Source: Christensenellales bacterium (GTDB lineage: Bacteria; Bacillota; Clostridia; Christensenellales; Pumilibacteraceae). Taken from it: a stretch of 26,137 nt of DNA. Made by a program: the position numbers and the translations under genes. The first letter of the stretch is position 1, and each line of letters opens with the position of its first letter. The notes beneath the pieces are model-generated. The model did not search any database. It was not told where the DNA came from and worked only from the letters and a program-made list of their open reading frames with translations. The DNA lies in contig DBEXQE010000295.1 of assembly GCA_048167245.1 (NCBI GenBank), positions 1 through 26,137 on the forward strand, given 5' to 3'. Positions 7,910 through 16,961 of this stretch are shown here, piece by piece.

Positions 7910-9955
7910 ATGAAAAGATCGGCTTTCAAAATCAAATTTCTGTCGGTGTGCGTCGCTGTTCTCGTTCTGTTTTGCCTGCCGCTTACGGCGTGTAAAAAAG
8001 GTCCGAACGACGGCGGAGTTTTAGACGAAAGCGCAAAAGCCGCGGAGAAACTTAAATACGACGGAACGCATATCTACACGGCTCCCGATACCGATTCGGA
8101 TCTCGTGAAAGACGGCAAGACGGAATACGCCGTCGTGATTCCCGAAAACAAAACGGCGCTTATCACCCGCGCGAAAGACGAGTTCGTGTACCTGTTCAAG
8201 GAAGCCACGGGAATAAATATAAACGTCATATCCGACGGCGGACTTTCGCACACGGCGGACGGCAAGTATATTTCGATAGGCGAAACGGAACTTCTGAAAA
8301 GCTCGGGAACGGTCATCGACAAAAAGCGGCTCGGCGATGACGGCGTAAGGATAGTAACGAAAGACAAGACCGTTTATCTGTGCGGCGGCTCCGATTACGG
8401 CACCGTGTACGCAGTCTACGATTTCATGCAGATTTACTTCGGATTCGAAACGTATTACGAAGACTGTTTCGAGATAGAGCGCGGCGCGGAAAACGTAAAA
8501 CTCAAAGCGTTCGACGTTACGGATATTCCCGATATAGCTTTCCGAAGCAGCGGGATAGGCGCGATCCGCGAAATGAGTCCGAATTACGATAAGGATAACT
8601 GGAAATACCGTTTCCGCGTGCCGCTTACCTACGGCAATAAACTTATGCCCATCCACGAAGACGCGGAAGATCCGTCGTCGCCGGCAAAGGGAGTTCACAA
8701 CTCGCTTTCGTGGCTCCCGATCTCGAAGCACAGGGAAAATCATCCCAAATGGTATGCGCCGAGCATGGAAGAACTTTGCTATACGGCGCACGGCGACGAA
8801 GAAGAACTCGAAGCCATGGTAAGCGAGTGCGCAAAGGTCATGGAAGCGCATCTCGTGCGTTATCCGCGGGAATTGTACCCGCTGTACAACATAGCGACTC
8901 TCACGTGTCAGGACAATTTCTCGAACTGCACTTGCGATGCGTGTTCGGCGGATCTGAGAAAATACGGGACCTATTCCGCGTCGCTCATAAAGTTTATGAA
9001 CAGATTGAGCGTCAAGGTTCGCGCTTGGATGGCTCTGCCCGAAAACGAACCCTATGCGCGCGAAGAATTTTCGCTTGCGTTCTTCGCATATCACAATTTC
9101 GAGCTGGCTCCCGCAACGTATAACGAGTCCACGGGCAAATTCGACGCGGCGGACGAACTTTATTTCGAAGACGGCGTTGCGGTTTATCTCGCTCCGAGCC
9201 GCACGTTCGATTTTATGTCGCCGATATACGCAGACGTGAATACGGACGCAAGGCGCAATCTCGAAGCGTGGACGGCTCTCGGCGGAAAGCTGCTTTTGTG
9301 GACGTACAGCACGAATTTCTGGCATTATTTCTATCCGCTCGATTCGTTCAGCTTCTACAATCAGGACGCTTTCGAATATTTTGCGGCAAACAATACGATA
9401 CTCATTTTCAATCAGAGTCAGGGCAATCAGGGCGGCGCGTCTACGGCTTGGCATATGCTCAAAACCTATCTCGATTATAAGCTCGAATGGGATTCTTCGC
9501 TCGACGCGGCAACTCTTACGGAAAATTATATGCGCGCAATGTACGGCGACGCGGCGGAAGTTATGACGGAGCTGTTCACGGCAATGCGCATGCAAGCCAT
9601 GTACGTGGATTCGAAATTCGAAGGCTTTGTGCTTCCGACCGTTACGAGCCAGGTAGACCGCAAAGAATATTGGCCGTATCTTACCGTAAAACAGTGGCTC
9701 GAAAAATGCGACGCGGCGTACGAGATCGCCGAAAAATACAGGGATACGGACACAAAGCGCTATGAAAAGATCAAGCGTCATATAGATTTGGAGTGGCTCT
9801 CTCCCGCGTATATGGCGCTTACGCTTCACGCCGACGTTATAGCGCCGAACGAATTGAACGAGATCAAAACTTCGTTTAAGGAGATAGTCGCGCACTTCGG
9901 TATCACGCGGCTTAACGAAAACGGAACGATAAACGGCTTTATAAGTTCGCTCTAA
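7910..9955 (+). CDS. DUF4838-like lipoprotein, putative glycoside hydrolase
   Basis: Lipobox LTAC. N-terminal domain like that of GH20/GH67 (LGDDGVRIVTKDKTVYLCGGSDYGTVYAVYDF). Motifs recalled from DUF4838 proteins: HPKWY...ELC, DNFSNCTCDAC, FAY, WTY, YLDYKLEWD...MYG. Confidence 0.78.
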   Translation: MKRSAFKIKFLSVCVAVLVLFCLPLTACKKGPNDGGVLDESAKAAEKLKYDGTHIYTAPDTDSDLVKDGKTEYAVVIPENKTALITRAKDEFVYLFKEATGININVISDGGLSHTADGKYISIGETELLKSSGTVIDKKRLGDDGVRIVTKDKTVYLCGGSDYGTVYAVYDFMQIYFGFETYYEDCFEIERGAENVKLKAFDVTDIPDIAFRSSGIGAIREMSPNYDKDNWKYRFRVPLTYGNKLMPIHEDAEDPSSPAKGVHNSLSWLPISKHRENHPKWYAPSMEELCYTAHGDEEELEAMVSECAKVMEAHLVRYPRELYPLYNIATLTCQDNFSNCTCDACSADLRKYGTYSASLIKFMNRLSVKVRAWMALPENEPYAREEFSLAFFAYHNFELAPATYNESTGKFDAADELYFEDGVAVYLAPSRTFDFMSPIYADVNTDARRNLEAWTALGGKLLLWTYSTNFWHYFYPLDSFSFYNQDAFEYFAANNTILIFNQSQGNQGGASTAWHMLKTYLDYKLEWDSSLDAATLTENYMRAMYGDAAEVMTELFTAMRMQAMYVDSKFEGFVLPTVTSQVDRKEYWPYLTVKQWLEKCDAAYEIAEKYRDTDTKRYEKIKRHIDLEWLSPAYMALTLHADVIAPNELNEIKTSFKEIVAHFGITRLNENGTINGFISSL

Positions 9956-9990
9956 AAAATTCGGTAAGGATAGGGAGATAGTAATCGAAA

Positions 9991-12060
9991 ATGAAAAAAC
10001 GGATCTTATATGTTATCGGATCGTTGATCTTAACGTGCGCGACGCTGTTTGTTTTCGCGTGCAAAAAGCCGCAAGAGCCTGCGGAAGATATCGGAGAAAT
10101 TTCGTTGAACCGCATGTCGATAGAACTTATCGTCGGAAACGGCGATCGGCTTTCGGCGACGGCGGGGAACGGCGACGCTCGGTTTGAGTGGGCAAGTTCC
10201 GATCCGTCGGTCGCCACGGTGGACGAAAACGGCAACGTAACGGCGGTGCGGGCAGGTACGGCGACCGTTACGGCAAGCTACAAGACAAAGAGCGCGTCTT
10301 GCGTCGTCAACGTGTCGCTCGGCGGATTTTTGCCGAGTATCGAGTTCGATAACCTTACTTCGGATAGCGTAAAAGTGGATACGGCGAACGCGGTGAACCT
10401 TGCCGCAAGCGTATTGTTCAACGGCAAGTTATATTCGGACGCTTCCGTGGAATACGCGCTGTCGGATCCTTCGGTAGGCTCCGTAACGGACGGCGTGTTC
10501 GCTCCCGCAAAGGTAGGGCGCGTTACGGTTACGGCGACGGCGTCGTGGCGCGGAGTAGAGTCCGAATTTCTGAGCAAAAGCATAACGGTCGAAGTCATTC
10601 ACCGTTTCGAAACGCTTGTGAGCGGCATGCCCGTTCCCGCAAAGATAGAGCTTTTCACCGTTTCTTCGTTTGCGGGCAAAGCGTACGCGACCGAAGCCGA
10701 TTTCGATCTGACGCTGAAAATAGACGGGACCGACGTTTCTTCGGGCGTTGCGATCGAAGTTGAAGACACCGACAAAGCGATCTACGACGCGCAGACGAAA
10801 AAGCTGACGGCGAAAAACTACGGCGAAACAAAACTTACGTTTTCGTATTCCGACGGCGGCGATATATCCGTTTCGCAGACCGTGGAAATCTTTGTCGCGC
10901 GTCCCGTTGCGAAATATCCCGAAACGGCAGAGTGGTTTTCGGCGCTCGACGGCGAACTTAAAAACGGCTCGGGAGAAAATCTTCTGACGAAAGAATTCGG
11001 CGGCGTTATAGAGTCTGCGACGCAGAACGGCAAGGCTCTCGACGTGTCGCAAAGCGGAAAAATACTCGGCGTCGAAACGTCGGCGACCGAAAAAACGCTG
11101 ACGCAGATCACCGTAAACGGGGATAAGTTCTGCTATATTTTCGACGTCGAAGGCTACACGATGGTAATCGACGAGCCGAACGATTTGAAAGAAATAGAGT
11201 TGTCAGATAACAAAAAGGTAATAAGGGGATACTTTATTCTCGCAGACGATATCGACGCGTCCGTGGCTTACCCGCCCGCAACGACCAGAAGACACCGCGC
11301 CAATTCGAGTTCGTATCTGACGAACGGCGCGAGCGGCGGATTTCAAGGCACTTTCGACGGCAACGGACACAAGATAGATAAGCTGTGTATAAACAACTCG
11401 TGGGGCTTCTTCGGTTGCGGCGGAAATCTTACGGTAAAAGATCTGGCGTTTACGAACGTGGACGCGTCGGGAAGCAACGTTGCCATACTGTTCGGCACCT
11501 GGTGCGGTCATGCGTACGCGCCGCTCTATATCGAAAACGTATACGCGCAAATAAATACGGCTTCGAGAACGCAACAGTTCGGCATATTCAGGAGCGCGCG
11601 CAACGGTCAGGTGAAAGTGAATGATTTTCTGCTCGAAATAAATACGGCGGCAGACCCTTGCACTGCTACGGCGGCGGTGAACGGTATGGGAATGTTCCGC
11701 AGCGATCAGTATTCGGTCGATTTTGCTTTAAGCACCGACAGCTGGGCTTATATGGGTTCGGAAATGCAGAATATGTATATCGTTTCGGCTCCGAACGCAA
11801 ACGGACGCGTACTGCCGCTCGTTCAGTATAAAGGAGTGTCGGTATACGCTTCGAACGACTATGCGGAAACGGCGGAAGCCACGGCGATTAAGTTCGAGAA
11901 CAACGCGCCCGTTGCGGACGCAAGCGGCACGGACAAAATTTATCATTATCGTTATGCAACGCGGTACAACTCATACGGCGATATGAAAACGGCGGGAGTA
12001 ACTTCCGTCGGCGGTTGGAACATTTCGGGCGGCGCGCCCGTTTGGGATCCGACGGTTTAG
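9991..12060 (+). CDS. Surface lipoprotein with Big_2 Ig-like domains and a C-terminal GLUG-associated/beta-helix-like domain (paralog A)
   Basis: Lipobox VFAC. Big_2 motif WASSDPSVATVDENGNVTAVRAGTATVTA. C-terminal GYFILADDIDA...FQGTFDGNGHKI...GFFG...VKDLAFTNV. Confidence 0.82.
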   Translation: MKKRILYVIGSLILTCATLFVFACKKPQEPAEDIGEISLNRMSIELIVGNGDRLSATAGNGDARFEWASSDPSVATVDENGNVTAVRAGTATVTASYKTKSASCVVNVSLGGFLPSIEFDNLTSDSVKVDTANAVNLAASVLFNGKLYSDASVEYALSDPSVGSVTDGVFAPAKVGRVTVTATASWRGVESEFLSKSITVEVIHRFETLVSGMPVPAKIELFTVSSFAGKAYATEADFDLTLKIDGTDVSSGVAIEVEDTDKAIYDAQTKKLTAKNYGETKLTFSYSDGGDISVSQTVEIFVARPVAKYPETAEWFSALDGELKNGSGENLLTKEFGGVIESATQNGKALDVSQSGKILGVETSATEKTLTQITVNGDKFCYIFDVEGYTMVIDEPNDLKEIELSDNKKVIRGYFILADDIDASVAYPPATTRRHRANSSSYLTNGASGGFQGTFDGNGHKIDKLCINNSWGFFGCGGNLTVKDLAFTNVDASGSNVAILFGTWCGHAYAPLYIENVYAQINTASRTQQFGIFRSARNGQVKVNDFLLEINTAADPCTATAAVNGMGMFRSDQYSVDFALSTDSWAYMGSEMQNMYIVSAPNANGRVLPLVQYKGVSVYASNDYAETAEATAIKFENNAPVADASGTDKIYHYRYATRYNSYGDMKTAGVTSVGGWNISGGAPVWDPTV

Positions 12061-12086
12061 TCTGAGAAAAAAAGGAGCGGAATGAA

Positions 12087-12905
12087 ATGGGTAAACGTTT
12101 TTTGGTCGCGGTGGATCTCGAAGGTATCCACGGAGTCGTAGGCGTGGAATACGAGAGTTTGCATACGGGCAAACCCGACTACGAAAAAGCGATAGTCAAC
12201 GCGGAGAAAGAAGTGAACGCCGTTGCAAAAGGTCTGTTCGACGGCGGCGCGGAACTCGTAGCCGTGTGGGATAATCATTGGAAAGGCAAAAATCTCGATT
12301 TCGGCAATATAGACGGCAGAGTTATCCGCGTGGAGAACACGCCCAAGCCGCGCTACGAGCGTATAGGCTTTGCGAAAGAATACGGTTTCGACGGCATGTT
12401 GCTCGTGGGGTATCACTCAAAAGAAGGAAGCGTTGGCGGAGTGCTTGCGCATACGTACAGCAGTCTTACGATCCAGTACTACAAGATCGACGGAAAGCAG
12501 GTCGGAGAAGCCGACATAGATTCGTACGTAGCTGCCGAGCTCGGCTTTGCGCCGCTGTTTATTTCTTCCGACGACGTTTGCGTAAAACAGGTGCGCGAGA
12601 TCCAACCGAATATCGAAACGGTCATAACGAAATTCGGCAAGGGCAGAAACAGCGCGGAGCTTCGCGACGAAAGCGAAGTCCTGAAAGAAATGTACGAAAA
12701 GGCCAAGGCTTGTTCTAACCTGTCGCTTACGCCGAAACGCCTTTGTTATCCCGCGAAATTCGAAATGCGGTTCACGCGTGCCGAAGACGCGCTGAAAAGA
12801 TTGGAGCGCGTGCGCGGGTACGGAATAGACGCGCGGTTCGGGGAAGATGCGCACGTAATAGAAGCTACGCTTAACTCGATAACCGATCTCGAAAGTTTTA
12901 TTTAG
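12087..12905 (+). CDS. M55-family metallopeptidase (DppA-like D-aminopeptidase)
   Basis: VDLEGIHG (DxE), WDNH, GYHS, LAHT and VGE match the M55 zinc-ligand and catalytic pattern. 272 aa, no signal peptide, RBS AAGGAG. Confidence 0.9.
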   Translation: MGKRFLVAVDLEGIHGVVGVEYESLHTGKPDYEKAIVNAEKEVNAVAKGLFDGGAELVAVWDNHWKGKNLDFGNIDGRVIRVENTPKPRYERIGFAKEYGFDGMLLVGYHSKEGSVGGVLAHTYSSLTIQYYKIDGKQVGEADIDSYVAAELGFAPLFISSDDVCVKQVREIQPNIETVITKFGKGRNSAELRDESEVLKEMYEKAKACSNLSLTPKRLCYPAKFEMRFTRAEDALKRLERVRGYGIDARFGEDAHVIEATLNSITDLESFI

Positions 12906-12942
12906 GTCTGAAAAAAAATTATATATAAGGATGGAAAGTGGT

Positions 12943-15279
12943 ATGAAAAAGTTTTTCGTAATGACGGTATGTTGTTTGGTCGCGGCAATGTGCGCGTTTT
13001 CGCTCGTCGCGTGTTTGGACAAACCGCACGAGCACAGCGGCGGCACGGCAAACTGCACGGATAAAGCCGTTTGCGAAGTTTGCGGAGAAGAATACGGCGA
13101 AACGAACCTAAGCGTTCACAAGTCCGACGAATTTACATATTCGGTGAACGCGAGCGACCCGTCGAAGCACGACAAAAAGCATAAATGTTGCGGCGCGCTC
13201 GTCGAAACGGTTGCGCACAGCGGCGGCACGGCTACGCTCGACAGCAAGGCAAAGTGCGAGTTTTGCGACGCCGAGTACGGAGAAAAATTGCAACCGTCTT
13301 TGACGGTGGACAAAACGACCGCAACCGTAACTTTGGGCGACACCCTTACGCTTACGGCTACGCCCGTCGGCATTTCGGGCGCTCTCGAATGGTCGTCGGA
13401 TAACGAGTCCGTCGCGACCGTATCGGACGGCGTTGTAACCGCAATCAAAGAAGGAACGGCGAATATAACGGTGTCGGGCGGCGGAAAAAGCGCTACGTGC
13501 GCCGTAACCGTCGGTTTGGGCGGTTTTGTCCCCGCATTGAACTTTATAAATCCCGTTTCCGATACAGTGGAGTTGACCATGCTCGAAACGGTCGATCTCG
13601 GCGCGAACGTTTCGTTTAACGGCAAGACTTATTCCGACGCGCAGATATACTACAATATATCGCCCGCAGGCGTCGTAAAGGTAGAAGGCGGAGTGCTCAA
13701 ACCCGTCGCGGCAGGCGATGCGACCGTTACGGTAACGGCGACTTGGCGCAACGTAACGGCGGCGACGCTTTCGAAAACTCTGACGGTCAACGTAAGCAAC
13801 GCAGTCGAACTCAAAGTAAACGGAAATGCCGTACCCGATAAGATCACGCTCTATACGATAGACGAGCTGAACGGTACGAATTACGACACGTCGTGCGATT
13901 TTAGCGTAACGCTTTCGGTCAACGGAGAGAGCAAGACGGCTACGGTCGCTCCCGCCGACACGACGAAAGTTACGTATTCGAGCAATACGCTTACCGCGGG
14001 CGCATACGGAAATACCACCGTCGGAATTACGTATTCGGATACGACGCTCGGGATCACGGTCGACGAAACCGTGGATATAGAAGTTATCCGTCCCGTCGCC
14101 ACGTACGCAAACAAAATAGAGTGGTTCTCGGCATACGACGGAGAATTGCTTAATGCAAGCGGCGAAAACGTATTGACCGAACTTTTTGCGGGCGGAGTGG
14201 AATCGGCGACGCAGGCGGGCGAAGACGGAGATATTACGCTCGATACGGAAACGACGGGCAAAATACTCGGCGTCGAAACTTCGTCGACCGAAAAAACGGT
14301 TACGACAGTTACAGTAAATGCCGCAACGTACGCTTGGAAATTCAACGTGGAAGGTTATACGTTCGTTATAGACGAGCCGAGCGACTTACTTAGAATAGAA
14401 CTTACTGAGAACAGAAAACTTATAAAAGGTTACTTTATTCTCAAAAACGATATAAACGCATTGGAGGCTTATCCGTCAAACGTGCGCAGGCACCACGGAA
14501 CGCAAGCGACGGGGGCTCTTACAAATAACGCAACAGGCGGATTTCAAGGGACGTTCGACGGCAACGGGCATAAGATAGATAAGTTGTTTATCGGCAACTC
14601 TTACGGCTTTTTCGGTTGCGCGTTTAATTTCACCGTAAAAAATATAGCTTTTACGAACGCGGACGCAAGCGGTAATTATAAAGCGAATTTGTTCGGACAT
14701 TGGTTCGGCTTGGCGGCATCTCCCGTGAATATCGAAAACGTCTATGCACAGATCGTAAATACCGCTTCGCGTACCGAAAGTCTCGGAATATTCGCAAGTC
14801 AAAGAAACGGCGGAGTAAAAGCAGACGGCTTTTTGCTTGAAATTAAAACTCCGACTAATCCATGTACGATAGAATACAATGCAAACATTCATACGGGCGG
14901 AGTCGGATTGTTCAAATCGGATCCGTATTCGATAACTTACGCGAACAATCCTTCGAGTTGGGCATACTTGGGCGGAGAAATGAAAAATATGTATATCGTT
15001 TCCAACCAGGTATATCAACGTATATTCCCGCTCGTCCAGTATAAAGGAGTATCGGTGTATGCGGCTAACGACTATGCCGCAATAGAAAACGGAACGAAAA
15101 TTACTTTCAGCGATCAGTTTATTCCGTCGGCGGACGAAACCGGCACCGATACGCTGTATCGTTATAAAAACGCTTACCGTTACAATACGTTTGCGGACCT
15201 TATGGACGAGAGCAAAGGCAACGTTCAGAAGGTAGGCAATTGGAAGATCACGTCGGACGGACCCGTTTGGGAGGCTTGA
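12943..15279 (+). CDS. Surface lipoprotein with Cys/His-rich repeats, Big_2 Ig-like domains and a C-terminal beta-helix-like domain (paralog B)
   Basis: Lipobox LVAC. Two HSGGTA..C..C repeats, Big_2 motif WSSDNESVATVSDGVVTAIKEGTANITV, and GGFQGTFDGNGHKIDKL shared with 9991-12060. ATG 12943 is preferred over 12931 on SD spacing and the MKK start. Confidence 0.82.
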   Translation: MKKFFVMTVCCLVAAMCAFSLVACLDKPHEHSGGTANCTDKAVCEVCGEEYGETNLSVHKSDEFTYSVNASDPSKHDKKHKCCGALVETVAHSGGTATLDSKAKCEFCDAEYGEKLQPSLTVDKTTATVTLGDTLTLTATPVGISGALEWSSDNESVATVSDGVVTAIKEGTANITVSGGGKSATCAVTVGLGGFVPALNFINPVSDTVELTMLETVDLGANVSFNGKTYSDAQIYYNISPAGVVKVEGGVLKPVAAGDATVTVTATWRNVTAATLSKTLTVNVSNAVELKVNGNAVPDKITLYTIDELNGTNYDTSCDFSVTLSVNGESKTATVAPADTTKVTYSSNTLTAGAYGNTTVGITYSDTTLGITVDETVDIEVIRPVATYANKIEWFSAYDGELLNASGENVLTELFAGGVESATQAGEDGDITLDTETTGKILGVETSSTEKTVTTVTVNAATYAWKFNVEGYTFVIDEPSDLLRIELTENRKLIKGYFILKNDINALEAYPSNVRRHHGTQATGALTNNATGGFQGTFDGNGHKIDKLFIGNSYGFFGCAFNFTVKNIAFTNADASGNYKANLFGHWFGLAASPVNIENVYAQIVNTASRTESLGIFASQRNGGVKADGFLLEIKTPTNPCTIEYNANIHTGGVGLFKSDPYSITYANNPSSWAYLGGEMKNMYIVSNQVYQRIFPLVQYKGVSVYAANDYAAIENGTKITFSDQFIPSADETGTDTLYRYKNAYRYNTFADLMDESKGNVQKVGNWKITSDGPVWEA
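13032..13232 (+). repeat. Exact 18-bp direct repeat GCACAGCGGCGGCACGGC marking two Cys/His-rich protein repeats
   Basis: Copies at 13032-13049 and 13215-13232 (183 bp, 61 aa apart). Confidence 0.85.
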
Positions 15280-15286
15280 ATAAAGC

Positions 15287-16891
15287 ATGAAGAATTATTC
15301 GTTGGGCGTTATGCTCGATATGTCGCGTAACGCCGTGATGAAGCCCGAAACCGTGAAAAAATTCGCTTCGGTCATTTCGGGTATGGGCTACAACGCGCTG
15401 TATCTTTATATGGAAGATACCTACGAAGTCGTAAACGAACCGTATTTCGGGCATTTGCGCGGCAGATACACGACGGACGAATTGCGCGATATAGACGCTT
15501 ATTGCAAGTCGCTCGGCGTGGAACTTATTCCGTGCGTGCAAACCTTGGCGCACCTGAACCAGATCTTCAAGTGGAACGAATATAAGCCCGTAAACGACGT
15601 GGGCGATATACTCCTTACGGACGACGAACGGAGCTACACGCTTATCGAGAATATGTTCGCGAGCCTGAGAAAAGCATTTTCGACGGATAAGGTCAACATA
15701 GGCATGGACGAAGCGCATATGGTCGGGCTCGGCAAATATCTCGACAGACACGGCTACGCGAACAGATTCGAGCTTCTGCGCGCTCATTTGGATAAAGTGC
15801 AAGCCATTGCGCAAAAGTACGGTTTTTCGCTTATGATGTGGTCGGATATGTTCTTTCGTCTTATAAACAACGGAAACTATTATGTGGAAAAGGCGGACGC
15901 GGAAAAGCTCGAAAGCGTCAAGCGCTACGTGCCCGACGGCATAAAACTCGTATATTGGGATTATCGGCACGACGATATCGAACACTACAAGACGCAGATC
16001 GCGGCGCATAAGATTTTATCCGACAATATCGGCTATGCGGGCGGCTGTTGGAGCTGGCTCGGCTTCGCTCCGTTCAACGGCGGCGCTATCGGGTATATGG
16101 ACAAAGCGATGGGAGCGTGTCGCGAAACGGGGATAGATACCGTTATACTTACGATGTGGGGCGACAACGGCAAAGAGTGTTCGTCGTTTGCATTGCTCCC
16201 CGTGCTTTACTATTGCGCGCGCAAGTTTTTGCATGACGCCGCGACGGACGAAATCAAGCAAGGCTTTTACGATATGTTCGGGATCCCGTTCGACACGTTC
16301 GCGTTGCTCGATCTGCCCAACCGCATAAGGGGCAACGTGTTCGGATATCCCGTAAAATGGGGACTTTACAACGACCCGCTTTCGGGCATATACGACTATC
16401 ATATTGCCGTAAGCGACGGCGAAATATACAAACGTTATGCGCGCGCTCTGTCGCGTGCGGCGGGATCGGCGGGAGAATACGCGTATTTGTTTGAAAATCT
16501 CGTATCGCTGTGCAGAGTCATGGAATTGAAATACGATTTGGGCGTTCGCACGAGAACGGCGTACTTACAGAAAAACTCCGAAGAACTCGGACGCATTGCC
16601 GACGCCGTTTATCCGAATCTTATAAGGCGTTTGCGCGTTTTTTATAACGGATTTCGGGAGCTATGGGAAAAAGAGAACAAGCCGAACGGTTTCGACGTGC
16701 AGGATATACGCTTGGGCGGACTTATCCAAAGGCTTTTGCATTGCCGCAAGATCATAAAGGACTATCTGTGCGGAAATACGGACTGTATTCCGGAGCTCGA
16801 ACAGGAAGTTTTACCTTACGAAAAGGGAAAGGAAAAAACAGCCGATCTTATAGGTCCGTACGATTGGGCGGTTACTCCGAACGTTTTGTAA
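15287..16891 (+). CDS. GH20 beta-N-acetylhexosaminidase (GcnA/GH20C-like), cytoplasmic
   Basis: MLDMSRNAV, LYMEDTY, PCVQTLAHL, catalytic NIGMDEAH, MWSDMF, VYWDY and TMWGDNG. No signal peptide. Confidence 0.93.
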   Translation: MKNYSLGVMLDMSRNAVMKPETVKKFASVISGMGYNALYLYMEDTYEVVNEPYFGHLRGRYTTDELRDIDAYCKSLGVELIPCVQTLAHLNQIFKWNEYKPVNDVGDILLTDDERSYTLIENMFASLRKAFSTDKVNIGMDEAHMVGLGKYLDRHGYANRFELLRAHLDKVQAIAQKYGFSLMMWSDMFFRLINNGNYYVEKADAEKLESVKRYVPDGIKLVYWDYRHDDIEHYKTQIAAHKILSDNIGYAGGCWSWLGFAPFNGGAIGYMDKAMGACRETGIDTVILTMWGDNGKECSSFALLPVLYYCARKFLHDAATDEIKQGFYDMFGIPFDTFALLDLPNRIRGNVFGYPVKWGLYNDPLSGIYDYHIAVSDGEIYKRYARALSRAAGSAGEYAYLFENLVSLCRVMELKYDLGVRTRTAYLQKNSEELGRIADAVYPNLIRRLRVFYNGFRELWEKENKPNGFDVQDIRLGGLIQRLLHCRKIIKDYLCGNTDCIPELEQEVLPYEKGKEKTADLIGPYDWAVTPNVL

Positions 16892-16930
16892 GCAAAGCCG
16901 AGCCGATCTTTTTCGGCAACGTTATTATCG

Positions 16931-16961
16931 AAAGACCGTCGCGTCGTTGCGGCGGTCTTTT
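16931..16961. terminator. Probably bidirectional intrinsic terminator between convergent GH20 and AraC genes
   Basis: Stem AAAGACCGTCGC, loop GTCGTT, stem GCGGCGGTCTTT(T), with one G-U pair on the + transcript. Lies between the two stop codons. Confidence 0.8.

Noticed and set aside
1158..9895. Long antisense ORFs (1158..2783, 2839..4065, 4878..7268, 8021..9895) and similar ones later (17982..18809, 21899..22873, 22994..24256)
   Set aside because: They shadow well-supported sense genes. Most are explained by rarity of TTA/CTA/TCA codons on the sense strand. The translations are Arg/Val-rich and carry no recognisable motifs.
2907..12918. A7-A8 runs (2907-2914, 4831-4838, 12067-12073, 12911-12918) as phase-variation tracts
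   Set aside because: Short A runs are common in Lys codons and in AT-rich translation-initiation regions, so they are not distinctive on their own.
16902..16917. Small hairpin GCCGA-TCTTTT-TCGGC after the GH20 stop
   Set aside because: Only a 5-bp stem with no U tract. The stronger hairpin at 16931-16961 accounts for termination.
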